In this document: positions 55,567 to 64,000 of the stretch, piece by piece
Position numbering within the stretch: position 1 is the stretch's first letter
Layout of the letters: each line of letters starts with the position of its first letter
Assembly (NCBI GenBank): GCA_964387845.1
Contig: CAYLXA010000007.1
Coordinates: forward strand, 50,481-114,480
DNA from: an uncultured bacterium
GTDB taxonomy: Bacteria > Omnitrophota > Omnitrophia > Omnitrophales > Abzuiibacteriaceae
Reading direction: 5' to 3'
DNA: 64,000 bases
Notes under the pieces: generated by a model
Database searches by the model: none
The model's input: only the letters and a program-made list of their open reading frames with translations
Told to the model about the DNA's origin: nothing
Translations under genes and position numbers: made by a program

Positions 55567-56302
55567 GAGTCTGAGAAGCGACTTTGGGAACCAGAAAAAG
55601 CGCGCAAAGCAGAGCGCCGGCGCTCATCCACTGCCCCAGCGTGAGCCCGAGAGCAAAAGCCGGCATATCGCTGCGGAAAAATTCAAGCGCAAAACGGCCC
55701 GCCGGATAAATGAGGAAATAAAGAAGTGCTGTGAAACCCGGCCGGTTTTGAATGCGCGGGTAGATTTTCGATAAAAAGAAGAACAAAGCAAAACAAAACG
55801 CCGCTTCATACAGCTGAACGGGATGCAGCATATTTTCAGAAAACGGAAACACGACGCCGAGCGGACAAGTGGTTTCGCTCCCGTAGCAGCAGCCGTTAAA
55901 AAAACAGCCGATACGGCCAAAGCCCTGAGCCAGTGCCGTCGCGGGCACAAACAAATCGAGCGTTTCCCTTCTCGGAAAATCGATGCGGTGCGTGTAATAC
56001 AAAAATCCCAACACGCCGCCGATCAGCCCGCCGTAAAAAATGATGCCGCCGCGCCAAATCGCAAACACATCCAGCGGATTCTCGAGAAAATAATCCAGTT
56101 CGTAAGCGATATAAAGAAGCCGCGCGCCGACAAACCCCGAAATCACGGTCCGCAAAATCAAATCCATCGCTTTTTCTTCCGGAAGCCCGAGTTTGTGGCA
56201 TTGACGCGAAATATAAAGCGAGCCCAGGATGACGCCGATTGCCAGGCAAAATCCGTAGGTATGAACGGCAATGGGGCCGAATGAAAAAAGTTCAGGATGC
56301 AT
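55556..56302 (-). CDS. lgt: Prolipoprotein diacylglyceryl transferase
   Basis: 248 aa; Lgt signature region GRIGCFFNGCCYG. Confidence 0.85.
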   Translation of the reverse strand: MHPELFSFGPIAVHTYGFCLAIGVILGSLYISRQCHKLGLPEEKAMDLILRTVISGFVGARLLYIAYELDYFLENPLDVFAIWRGGIIFYGGLIGGVLGFLYYTHRIDFPRRETLDLFVPATALAQGFGRIGCFFNGCCYGSETTCPLGVVFPFSENMLHPVQLYEAAFCFALFFFLSKIYPRIQNRPGFTALLYFLIYPAGRFALEFFRSDMPAFALGLTLGQWMSAGALLCALFLVPKVASQTHGR

Positions 56303-56741
56303 GATGTTTGGCTTGCGGTTTTAAATTAATCCAGATGAATATGCAAATACCGACCGTGATGCAGGAATCCGCTACATTAAATACCGGCCACACGCGAAAA
56401 TCAAGAAAATCGATCACGTACCCGACGCGGACCCGGTCGAGCCAGTTTCCGAGCGCTCCGCCGATGATCAGTCCGAAAGCAGCCCGCTGAATGAGCGGCG
56501 CTTTCAAAAAAGAACGCGACACGGCAAGCAGCACAATCAAACAAATCGAAATCAGCCACAAAAGCGCCTGGCCGTAGTCATTGAAAATGCCGAACGCGAC
56601 GCCCGTATTTTCAACAAGCGTTAAATGAAAAATATCCGGAACGACGGGCGTTGTGTCATGATGCGGTAAATAGCGGACGGCGGCAAACTTCGTGATTTGA
56701 TCGAGCAGGAAACTTAAAACTGCGGTTCCGTAGAGCCACAT
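56292..56741 (-). CDS. lspA: Lipoprotein signal peptidase II
   Basis: 149 aa; NTGVAFG and VIDFLDF...FNVAD motifs. Confidence 0.85.
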   Translation of the reverse strand: MWLYGTAVLSFLLDQITKFAAVRYLPHHDTTPVVPDIFHLTLVENTGVAFGIFNDYGQALLWLISICLIVLLAVSRSFLKAPLIQRAAFGLIIGGALGNWLDRVRVGYVIDFLDFRVWPVFNVADSCITVGICIFIWINLKPQAKHHAS

Positions 56742-56796
56742 GATTGGTTGTTTGGTTGGTTGGTCAGAGAATCTGAAGCGGCGCAGGACTAGACCG

Positions 56797-57180
56797 TTAC
56801 TGCTCGCGCTCGCGCTTTTCGATGACTTCCTGGCATTTGATGCAATAACGGGCAGCCGGCATGGCCTTCAGGCGCTTCATCGGAATCACTTTCTTGCATT
56901 CCTCGCAAGTCCCAAAAACGCCTTCTTCGATGCGCTTTAAAGCATCATCGATTTCATTGAGCCGCTGCTGTTCATTGGAAGCAACGCCAAAACTAAATTC
57001 GGTATCAAAATTGTCGGTGGCCTGGTCCGCCATGTGGAAAGAATAGCCTGAAAGGTCGCCGGATGCGTCCCGCTGGCTTTTGTTGAGCATGTCTTTTTCA
57101 AGATGGTTAAGCCCGCCCATGAGCCTTTGCCGCTCGACGTCCAGCTGTGATTTTAACTTTGCGATATCTTGTTTATCCAT
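56797..57180 (-). CDS. DksA/TraR-family C4 zinc-finger protein
   Basis: Start chosen at MDKQDIAKLKS (response-regulator gene ends at 57317, so the longer track ORF is unlikely); C-terminal CEECKKVI...CIKCQ zinc finger. Confidence 0.6.
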   Translation of the reverse strand: MDKQDIAKLKSQLDVERQRLMGGLNHLEKDMLNKSQRDASGDLSGYSFHMADQATDNFDTEFSFGVASNEQQRLNEIDDALKRIEEGVFGTCEECKKVIPMKRLKAMPAARYCIKCQEVIEKREREQ

Positions 57181-57316
57181 TTTGCTCACCGATGAAGGGC
57201 GCATTATAGCATCTATGCTAAATGAGTCAACCCTTAACCAATTAATGATACACGACGTTTCGGGAAAATGCGAATCCGGGGAAAGCTGAGCAGAATCCGG
57301 GGAAAAAGCGCTTGGA

Positions 57317-57691
57317 TTACTTGGCTTTTGCAATGCTCTCGATTTTCTCGCGCACGTCTGTTTCGAGATATTCGAGACTCAAAGGCTTCGTAATATAATT
57401 GTCGGCACCGAGGCGCAGGCATTCCTCGATTTTATCGCGCGTTTCGATGGCCGTTACCATGATAACTTTTACACGCGGATACTGCGCCTTGATTTCTTTC
57501 AAGGCTTGAACACCGTCCATGTCGGGCATTTTGATATCGAGCAGGACGATCTGCGGGCCGGTTTTTTTCAGCTCTTCGAGTGCTTGTTTGCCGGAATGCG
57601 CGACGAAAACCGTGTAATCGCGTTCTTCAAAAAAACTGCGCAGAAACTCACAAATTTCGCTTTCATCATCCACCACGAGAAGCTTTACCAT
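57317..57691 (-). CDS. Single-domain response regulator (CheY-like receiver)
   Basis: 124 aa; VDDE...D...K receiver residues. Confidence 0.8.
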   Translation of the reverse strand: MVKLLVVDDESEICEFLRSFFEERDYTVFVAHSGKQALEELKKTGPQIVLLDIKMPDMDGVQALKEIKAQYPRVKVIMVTAIETRDKIEECLRLGADNYITKPLSLEYLETDVREKIESIAKAK

Positions 57692-57734
57692 GACATTTCC
57701 TCCTCCGACTCCCTAGATTTTTAAGCGCCTTATT

Positions 57735-59309
57735 TTACTCGAACTGCTTAATCTTGCCAAGCTGAGGATTATCCTCAAAAACTTCTTCCGTTTTTCCGGG
57801 CGCTAACGGCTTGCCGGCCGAGATCGGCAGCTGGATAATCACCACCGTCCCCTGCGCCTCTTTGCTCTCGATTCTGATGGAGCCCTGATATCGGTGCACA
57901 ATCTGCTGGGTCACGAACAACCCGAGGCCGGTGCCTTCCGGCCGTGTCGTAAAGAACGGATTGAAAATTTGGTCCACATGCTCTTCTGGGATTCCCGGTC
58001 CCGAATCGGCGACGATGATTTCAATCACCTGTTCGGGTTTTTTATGCCGGACAGAGATCTGGATGATGCCCGATTTTTCGACGGCCTGGACCGCATTCAA
58101 AAACAAATTCAAAAAAATCTCGCGGAACGCGCTCGGATTCCCGTAAAAAGGCGGCAGATTGCGGTCAACCTGCTTCGTCACCCGGATATCATCCAGCGCA
58201 GTTTGATACGACACAAGTGCCACGGTGTCGCTCACGATCGTTTCAAACGGAATCGGCTCATGCAAGAGGCCGCGCCCCTGCGTAAACATGAGCAGCTTCC
58301 TTGTAATATCGGCCGCCCGCTTGGTTTGCTTCACTATCGTTTTCAGCACTTCTTCAACCTTCTCGTCGTAGGATTTTTTGTCTTTCTTGAGCAACAAGAC
58401 CTGCGCTTTTCCGGAAATAATCGTGAGCGGATTGTGAATTTCATGCGCAAGGCCCGTCGCAAGCTGTTCAATCGCCGAAAGCTTGGTCGTCTGAATCAAT
58501 TCCGTCTGGACTTGCTTTAATTCTTCGTTCGCGGTTTTGAGTTCCTCGACCATGATCGCGTTCCGGATCACGGGCGCGATTTCGTTCGCAAATTCGTGGA
58601 AAAACTTGAGGTCGCTTTCCTGAAATGATTTCGCAGCCGAGCGGGCGCCCAAGTTGAGCGAGCCGATCAGATGCTCCTCGCAAATAATCGGAATGATGCA
58701 CGATGCCTGAAGCGATTCAAATTCGTTCGTCAGCTGATTGGCTTCCTGCCACGGCAGAAGTTTGCGGAGTTGATCGCGGAGAAGCGGCAAGTTGTAAGTC
58801 CGCATCGCATCGATGATCGGCCGGTCGACCGTAAATTGGATTTTCTTATAAGTGGTCGGATGAATGCCATAAGCCGACACGACTTGATAGGTTTGGTCAT
58901 TCTTTTGAAAGACCATGAGCGACACCGTCCGCACATGCACAACTTCGCCGAACGTGTTGACGATCAAATTCCCAAGTTCCTGCAAGTCCATCACGTTCAC
59001 CAGCTCGCGCGCCAGTTTCGACAACACCATGAAATGCTGGTCGTGACGGCCGACAAAAATGCCTTTGAATAAAAGAAAAACGAGATGATCGACGGGCTTG
59101 AATAAAAGGCCGGCTACCACAACCGCGAAAGTGAGCTGAAACCATTCCGCACGGAACCATGCCCAGCCGAAAACGGAAACGGCGAGTCCGTCAATCAGAA
59201 AATAAAGAAGCGCGGCCGAAACGGCCAGAAAAATCAGGACGAGGATCCGCTTTAAAATTCGCTTTTGGGTTCGGACGTGATGGCTGTTCATAAGCAAATG
59301 AATGCCCAC
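57735..59309 (-). CDS. Sensor histidine kinase with N-terminal TM segments and GAF domain
   Basis: 524 aa; HisKA H-box [12 protein letters not shown], HATPase_c N/G boxes. Confidence 0.8.
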   Translation of the reverse strand: MGIHLLMNSHHVRTQKRILKRILVLIFLAVSAALLYFLIDGLAVSVFGWAWFRAEWFQLTFAVVVAGLLFKPVDHLVFLLFKGIFVGRHDQHFMVLSKLARELVNVMDLQELGNLIVNTFGEVVHVRTVSLMVFQKNDQTYQVVSAYGIHPTTYKKIQFTVDRPIIDAMRTYNLPLLRDQLRKLLPWQEANQLTNEFESLQASCIIPIICEEHLIGSLNLGARSAAKSFQESDLKFFHEFANEIAPVIRNAIMVEELKTANEELKQVQTELIQTTKLSAIEQLATGLAHEIHNPLTIISGKAQVLLLKKDKKSYDEKVEEVLKTIVKQTKRAADITRKLLMFTQGRGLLHEPIPFETIVSDTVALVSYQTALDDIRVTKQVDRNLPPFYGNPSAFREIFLNLFLNAVQAVEKSGIIQISVRHKKPEQVIEIIVADSGPGIPEEHVDQIFNPFFTTRPEGTGLGLFVTQQIVHRYQGSIRIESKEAQGTVVIIQLPISAGKPLAPGKTEEVFEDNPQLGKIKQFE

Positions 59310-59836
59310 ACTTTACACCAAACTCCGCAAAATCTCAAATTCCAAAATAGGCGCCTCACCCGTCAAGCTTGCAACATTCAACCTGCCGGCTAGGGGTGTC
59401 TTCCGGCACCGGTAGTTCGCAAGCTCCTGTCCCAATTATCAATAAAGCGTCTTGGGCGTATATTCATTTGAGAATTGGGGCCGCCCTCACCTTCAATGAA
59501 AAATTCAATGGAGGTGACGGGCGGCGGCGGCCGAGTGCCTTGGCTCTCGCCATTTGGACCTGCAGACATAATAACGCTGCAGGACCAAGCTCCAAATGGC
59601 TCCGAGACATGCCGTTTGAGAACCTTTTTGGGCGAGTAAATTATTCTGCGGCATTTTAACTGCGAAGACCTTGGCGAAGGCGCGTGCGGAGACCGACCGA
59701 GCATGGTGGCACTCAATAGGAAAATCATTTCCTATTGAGTGCCGAGGGAGGTCGGAGCCCGAGCGAGATTTACCTCGCTGGGGTAAATCGAGCGTCGACT
59801 GAGCCAAGGGTCTGAGCGTAGTTAAAATGCGCAGGA

Positions 59837-62638
59837 TTAATTTGTGAAGGATTTTACGGAGTCGGCGCAGCGCTCGCAGAGGTCGGGGTCATCTGCAAAT
59901 TGGCCGACTTGCGTCGAATAATTCCAGCAACGCACGCATTTGGTGCCCTCGGCCTTTGTGACTTCGGCATCAAAAGCATCCGTCTGGCCTGGATTTTGCG
60001 TAAGCGCAAGCTGCGAAACAATCAAATAGAAACGCAGATTGGACTCATATTTCTTCAGGATTTCGAACGTCTGGCTGTCCTTGACGATGACTTTCACTTT
60101 TGCATCGAGAGACGCCGCGATTTCGCCTTTTGCGCGCTTCTCTTCTAATTTAAGGAGCACTTTCTCGCGCAGCGCAAAAATCACCGCCCAATCATCGAGA
60201 ACTGCGCGCGACACATCGGCAAATTTCGGCCACTCGGTTTCGTGCACATTGGTTTTCGCCTCATTCGGGACCATCTGCCACGCCTGCTCGCTCGTAAAAG
60301 ACAAAATGGGCGCCATGAGGCGCAAGAGATCGTTTAAAATCTGCCAAATCGCCGATTGCGCAGAGCGCCGGCCGACGGACTTCGGCGCGGCCGTGTAAAG
60401 CCGGTCTTTCACGACGTCTAAATAAAACGAGCTCAAATGAAAATTGCAGAGTTCGTAAGAAAGCTGAAACACTTTCAGAAAATCAAAATGGTCGTAGCTT
60501 TTCTGGATCGCGATAAAAATCTCTTTTGATTTCTCGGAAATATATTGATCGACCGGATCCATGTTGCCGGGATTCACAAAATCCGCTTTCGGGTCAAAAT
60601 CATACAAGTTGGCGATCAAATACCGGAATGTGTTCCGGATTTTGCGGTAAGCGTCTGCGATGCGCTCGAGGATTTCTTTCGAGAGCCGCACGTCCTGCGA
60701 ATAATCGACGGACGCGACCCAAAGGCGGAGGATGTCCGCGCCATATTGCTTCATCACATCCTGCGGCGCCACCACGTTTCCGGCCGACTTCGACATTTTC
60801 TTGCCTTCCCCGTCCATCACGAAGCCGTGCGTGAGAATAGAATCAAAGGGCGACTTGCCTTCGAGCGCCATCGACGCGATCAAAGAACTCTGGAACCAGC
60901 CGCGATGCTGATCGGATCCTTCCAAATAAAGGTCGGCCGGATATTTGAGGTCCGAGAAATCCTTTTCATTTTTCAAAACCGCTTGATGGCTCACGCCCGA
61001 ATCAAACCACACGTCGATAATGTCTTCTTCTTTTCTAATTTCAGGAGCCGCACAGCATTTCGGCAATTTTCCGCCCTCAAAAAATTCCGAGACGTCTTTT
61101 TCAAACCACGTATCGGCGCCTTTCTCCGAGAAAAACTTTTCGATCTGTTTCTCGGTCTCGAGATTAAAGATCTTCGAACATTTGCGGCAGCGAATAATCG
61201 GAATCGGCACTCCCCAAAGCCGCTGGCGCGAGAGGCACCAATCGGGCCTTGTCTCGACCATCGAGCCGATCCGGTTTTTGCCCCACGCCGGAAAAAACTG
61301 GACTTGCTTGTTGATGGCGTTTGTCAGATTCGCGCGCAAATCCTTGTGATCAACTTTGAGGAACCATTGATTGGTCGCGCGGAAGATGATCGGATTCTTG
61401 CAGCGCCAGCAATGCGGATACGAGTGTGTGAAATTTTCCTGGAACAAAAGTGCATTCTTTTCGCGCAAGAGTTCGATGATTTTGGCGTTCGCTTTAAATA
61501 CAAAAGCACCTTCCAAGAGTTTAAAGTCGGATGTGAATTTTCCGCGGCTATCGACGGGTGACAAAATCGGAAGTTTATACTCAAGCCCCGCCGCGTAATC
61601 TTCTTCGCCGTGTCCGGGTGCGATGTGAACAATTCCCGTGCCGTCTGTGGCGGATACGTAATCCGCGAGAATTGCGACAGAAGCTTCCGATGAGAAGGGC
61701 CGACGTGCTTTGAGGCCTTTTAACTCACTGCCCTTGAATTTCTCGAGCGTTTTGACTTCGTTAAGTCCAAATTTCGCGCGCAGACTTTCGACGAGAGACT
61801 CGGCTGCGATAAAAATTTTGCCGCCGACTTCGAAAACGGAATATGTGAGGCCCGCATTAAACGCCATGGCAACGTTTGCCGGAAGTGTCCACGGCGTGGT
61901 GGTCCAAATGATCACAGACGCGGGTTTGCCTTTCGCGAGGTTCATGATCTTGAGATTGACGGGCTCTGTGGTGTTCAAAATTTCAAACGCCACAAAGATC
62001 GCCGTGTCGCCCTTGTCTTCGTATTCAAGCTCCGCGTCTGCGAGTGCGGTTTCGCAATCAAAACACCACGGAACAGGTTTCAAGCGGCGCTCGATAAAAT
62101 CATCTTTGAGGAGTCTCAAGAAGCTTTTCGCGATCGCAGCTTGATAGTAAGGCGCCATCGTGAGGTACGGTTTTTCCCAATCACCGAAAATGCCGAGGCG
62201 CTTAAACTCCTCGCGCTGCTTCTCCATGAATTTCGACGCGTAATTCCTGGCTTTCTTGCGGAACTCAAGTTGATTCACATCTTCTTTGCGTTTGCCGAGT
62301 TCTTTGAAGATCGCGTGCTCAATCGGCATGCCGTGGCAATCCCAGCCCGGAACGTAATGCGCGTCAAAGCCCGCCATCGCCTTTGATTTCACGATGATGT
62401 CTTTGAGGATTTTATTGAGCGCGTGTCCGATATGAATCACGCCATTCGCGTACGGCGGCCCGTCATGCAGAATGTATTTCGGTTTGCCCTCGGACTTCGC
62501 GCGGATTCTGGAGTAAAGGCCGTCCGATTCCCATTCCTTCAGCTTCTTCGGCTCAAGTTCCGGCAATCCCGCCTTCATCGGAAAGTCGGTTTTCGGTAAA
62601 TTAACTGTCTTCTTGTAGTCTTTCTTCTCAATAGTCAT
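59837..62638 (-). CDS. ileS: Isoleucine--tRNA ligase
   Basis: 933 aa; [16 protein letters not shown] (HIGH), KMSKS, C-terminal zinc finger CVRCWNY...CERC. Confidence 0.9.
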   Translation of the reverse strand: MTIEKKDYKKTVNLPKTDFPMKAGLPELEPKKLKEWESDGLYSRIRAKSEGKPKYILHDGPPYANGVIHIGHALNKILKDIIVKSKAMAGFDAHYVPGWDCHGMPIEHAIFKELGKRKEDVNQLEFRKKARNYASKFMEKQREEFKRLGIFGDWEKPYLTMAPYYQAAIAKSFLRLLKDDFIERRLKPVPWCFDCETALADAELEYEDKGDTAIFVAFEILNTTEPVNLKIMNLAKGKPASVIIWTTTPWTLPANVAMAFNAGLTYSVFEVGGKIFIAAESLVESLRAKFGLNEVKTLEKFKGSELKGLKARRPFSSEASVAILADYVSATDGTGIVHIAPGHGEEDYAAGLEYKLPILSPVDSRGKFTSDFKLLEGAFVFKANAKIIELLREKNALLFQENFTHSYPHCWRCKNPIIFRATNQWFLKVDHKDLRANLTNAINKQVQFFPAWGKNRIGSMVETRPDWCLSRQRLWGVPIPIIRCRKCSKIFNLETEKQIEKFFSEKGADTWFEKDVSEFFEGGKLPKCCAAPEIRKEEDIIDVWFDSGVSHQAVLKNEKDFSDLKYPADLYLEGSDQHRGWFQSSLIASMALEGKSPFDSILTHGFVMDGEGKKMSKSAGNVVAPQDVMKQYGADILRLWVASVDYSQDVRLSKEILERIADAYRKIRNTFRYLIANLYDFDPKADFVNPGNMDPVDQYISEKSKEIFIAIQKSYDHFDFLKVFQLSYELCNFHLSSFYLDVVKDRLYTAAPKSVGRRSAQSAIWQILNDLLRLMAPILSFTSEQAWQMVPNEAKTNVHETEWPKFADVSRAVLDDWAVIFALREKVLLKLEEKRAKGEIAASLDAKVKVIVKDSQTFEILKKYESNLRFYLIVSQLALTQNPGQTDAFDAEVTKAEGTKCVRCWNYSTQVGQFADDPDLCERCADSVKSFTN

Positions 62639-62653
62639 ATTTTCTCTTTTACT

Positions 62654-62680
62654 GTCATCCTGAGCGCAGCGAAGGATCTA
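62654..62680. repeat. Half-copy (left arm) of the GTCATCCTGAGCG palindromic element in the ileS leader
   Basis: GTCATCCTGAGCGCAGCGAAGGATCTA matches the left arm of 49130-49190 and 52291-52344; a degenerate CGTCATCCTGGCACC lies about 200 nt further on. Confidence 0.4.
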
Positions 62681-62776
62681 CGTTTTACAATCTCATCTCA
62701 ATTTATTTCTCTCCGCTTCCCTGCGCGCGCCAATTTCTAGGCGCCATGCCTAAACAGAAATTGTCGTGCTCAGCCT

Positions 62777-62811
62777 ACGTCAAAAATTTGAGCCGTTCAA
62801 ATTTTTGACGT
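62777..62811. repeat. Perfect 15-bp-stem palindrome ACGTCAAAAATTTGA-gccg-TCAAATTTTTGACGT
   Basis: Exact inverted repeat; no flanking U-tract on either strand. Confidence 0.5.
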
Positions 62812-62931
62812 AATGGCGCTCCGAGAAACAAATTGATCTTTGATTGCGTCATCCTGGCACCTTTTTTATTTTTATTTCGAGTCAGAAGATGCCTAGCACC
62901 TTTGTTGCGATTATATCTTTGTAAATGGCAC

Positions 62932-63927
62932 TTACAAGTTTGGATGACTACTTGTAGCCGTACTTGTGTATTTAATTGTTGGTTTAAACGCAGTTTTTCT
63001 GATTAACAGATCAATCCCTGCTCCATTTTCGTCAACAAACTTCACGCCTTCAAGGCCACCTGCAAAATTCAACAAGAAAGCACGTTTGATATCCGGAAAA
63101 TTTGAAGAAATTATTCGATAGGTCAATTTATACTCGCCTGGTCCTAGCACAGCGGGATTAAATTCTGTTGATGTTGAAAATGAGGGTACAATTAATTGCT
63201 GATCGTTATTTTCATAAATACAAAACGCATCAAGTGGTCTATCTGATTTAGGTAGTACTATAATACTAGGCAAATTACAACCTGCCCAATGAAGCTCAAC
63301 GGTTTTTGGCCGAGTTTCCTGACCATTACTTAAATCTATCCAAGATTCAAGATACGCGGCACAATTCTGAGCATGTTTGGATTTATGATTATTATGGATC
63401 AACAAATGATACCATGCGGATTTTAATTTCTGGTTATTTGTCCAATTGGGAATGGATGGTGTCTTCGGATCAATGGTTAAGCTTAATGCGTTTTTCCATT
63501 CATGGTTCCATTTTTTTAAGCAAATCTTAATTTTTTCATACAACTCTGATTCTGCTCTGAATCCAATTGAATTACTTTGGACATACTTGCCAAGCCCCTC
63601 TCTTATAAGTCCATACTCGTGAAAAAAAGCGGATTCTAATTCTAAAAAAGATGCGACTGCCAATTCTTGATGACAAAAAAGCGATCCTCTTCTTTGAAAT
63701 GGCCAACGAAAAATTTGCTCACGCTTTAGATCAATGAATAAGAAATACTCGCTTTGATTCAGTTCTTTGAAAATATTTTCTCGGAAACTCTTTCCATCCT
63801 GAGTCTTAATGGCTAAATAGGGTTCAAAGCCTGCGCCCGCAACAAGCTTACTAACAGTTTCTGCAATCCTGATTTCCCTCGGATCACTTTCGTTCTGCCC
63901 ACAACTTATAAAAATTTTTGCGCTCAT
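62932..63927 (-). CDS. TIR-like domain protein with uncharacterised beta-rich C-terminal domain; AT-rich gene
   Basis: 331 aa; N-terminus KIFISCGQNESD...FEPYLA...SEYFLFIDL...SLFCHQELAVA resembles the TIR betaA/alphaA/betaB core and SxxCxxEL catalytic-Glu region; visibly lower GC than neighbours. Confidence 0.45.
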   Translation of the reverse strand: MSAKIFISCGQNESDPREIRIAETVSKLVAGAGFEPYLAIKTQDGKSFRENIFKELNQSEYFLFIDLKREQIFRWPFQRRGSLFCHQELAVASFLELESAFFHEYGLIREGLGKYVQSNSIGFRAESELYEKIKICLKKWNHEWKNALSLTIDPKTPSIPNWTNNQKLKSAWYHLLIHNNHKSKHAQNCAAYLESWIDLSNGQETRPKTVELHWAGCNLPSIIVLPKSDRPLDAFCIYENNDQQLIVPSFSTSTEFNPAVLGPGEYKLTYRIISSNFPDIKRAFLLNFAGGLEGVKFVDENGAGIDLLIRKTAFKPTIKYTSTATSSHPNL

Positions 63928-64000
63928 CCACTCTCCGATATACTTTTCGGTACCTGCTTGAGTTCAAGTTACTAGTGCAACACCTGATATCCTGATGTTA

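Noticed and set aside
59535-59562. Minus-strand CAGGTCC-AAAT-GGCGAGAGCCAAGGCA resembling SRP RNA helix 8 (CAGGUCC-GGAA-GGAAGCAGCCAAGGCA)
   Set aside because: The GNRA tetraloop and the AGCAGCC block that are near-invariant in bacterial SRP RNA are not conserved; no matching 5' UGUUU/ACCAGG strand nearby. Kept only as part of the structured-region finding.
59505-59807. 100-112-aa ORFs on both strands within the ileS-kinase gap
   Set aside because: Mutually overlapping, no start context or domain features; region behaves like structured non-coding DNA.
62639-62931. Possible T-box leader upstream of ileS
   Set aside because: No T-box consensus (AAnnnGGGTGGnACCGCG) or specifier-loop architecture on the ileS strand; the leader instead contains palindromic repeat fragments.

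Overview
This window is chromosomal DNA from what looks like a Gram-negative bacterium. Envelope and redox markers include Lgt/LspA, a TonB-dependent receptor, 2-oxoacid:ferredoxin oxidoreductase KorAB and GTP-type PEP carboxykinase. Almost all genes are on the minus strand and tightly packed; only a Rieske gene and gshB sit on the plus strand. Recognisable housekeeping blocks are rplU-rpmA-obg-proB-proA-nadD; a riboflavin operon in the order ribBA-ribH-nusB-ribD-ribE; a short dcw cluster mraZ-STAS-rsmH-ftsL-ftsI; and ileS followed by a two-component system, dksA-like gene, lspA and lgt. There is a tRNA-Pro(CGG) gene, a cobalamin riboswitch ahead of a btuB-like receptor next to a corrinoid adenosyltransferase, and a divergent gshA/gshB pair.

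The most unusual item is an operon at 28.9-31.6 kb. It encodes a ParA/Soj-type ATPase with a C-terminal AMPK-beta/CBM48-like glycogen-binding domain, translationally coupled to a ParA/MinD-like protein that lacks the Walker A motif and to a small unknown protein. I interpret this as a candidate ParA-type positioning system for a polyglucan-associated cargo.

Other things worth a second look:
- A family of palindromic MITE/REP-like repeats, one copy embedded in the cobalamin riboswitch and one in the nusB-ribD spacer, plus a nested palindrome inserted in frame in ribD.
- Two tandem paralogous secreted jelly-roll/metallophosphoesterase/jelly-roll proteins beside an alternative-oxidase-like gene, with a remnant of a second AOX copy between them.
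- An AT-rich TIR-like gene at the window edge.
- A shared AT-rich cis-element upstream of a thioredoxin-fold gene and a Rieske gene.
- Two GC-rich, hairpin-dense non-coding regions, next to tRNA-Pro and downstream of ileS.

No CRISPR array, transposase or integrase was seen.
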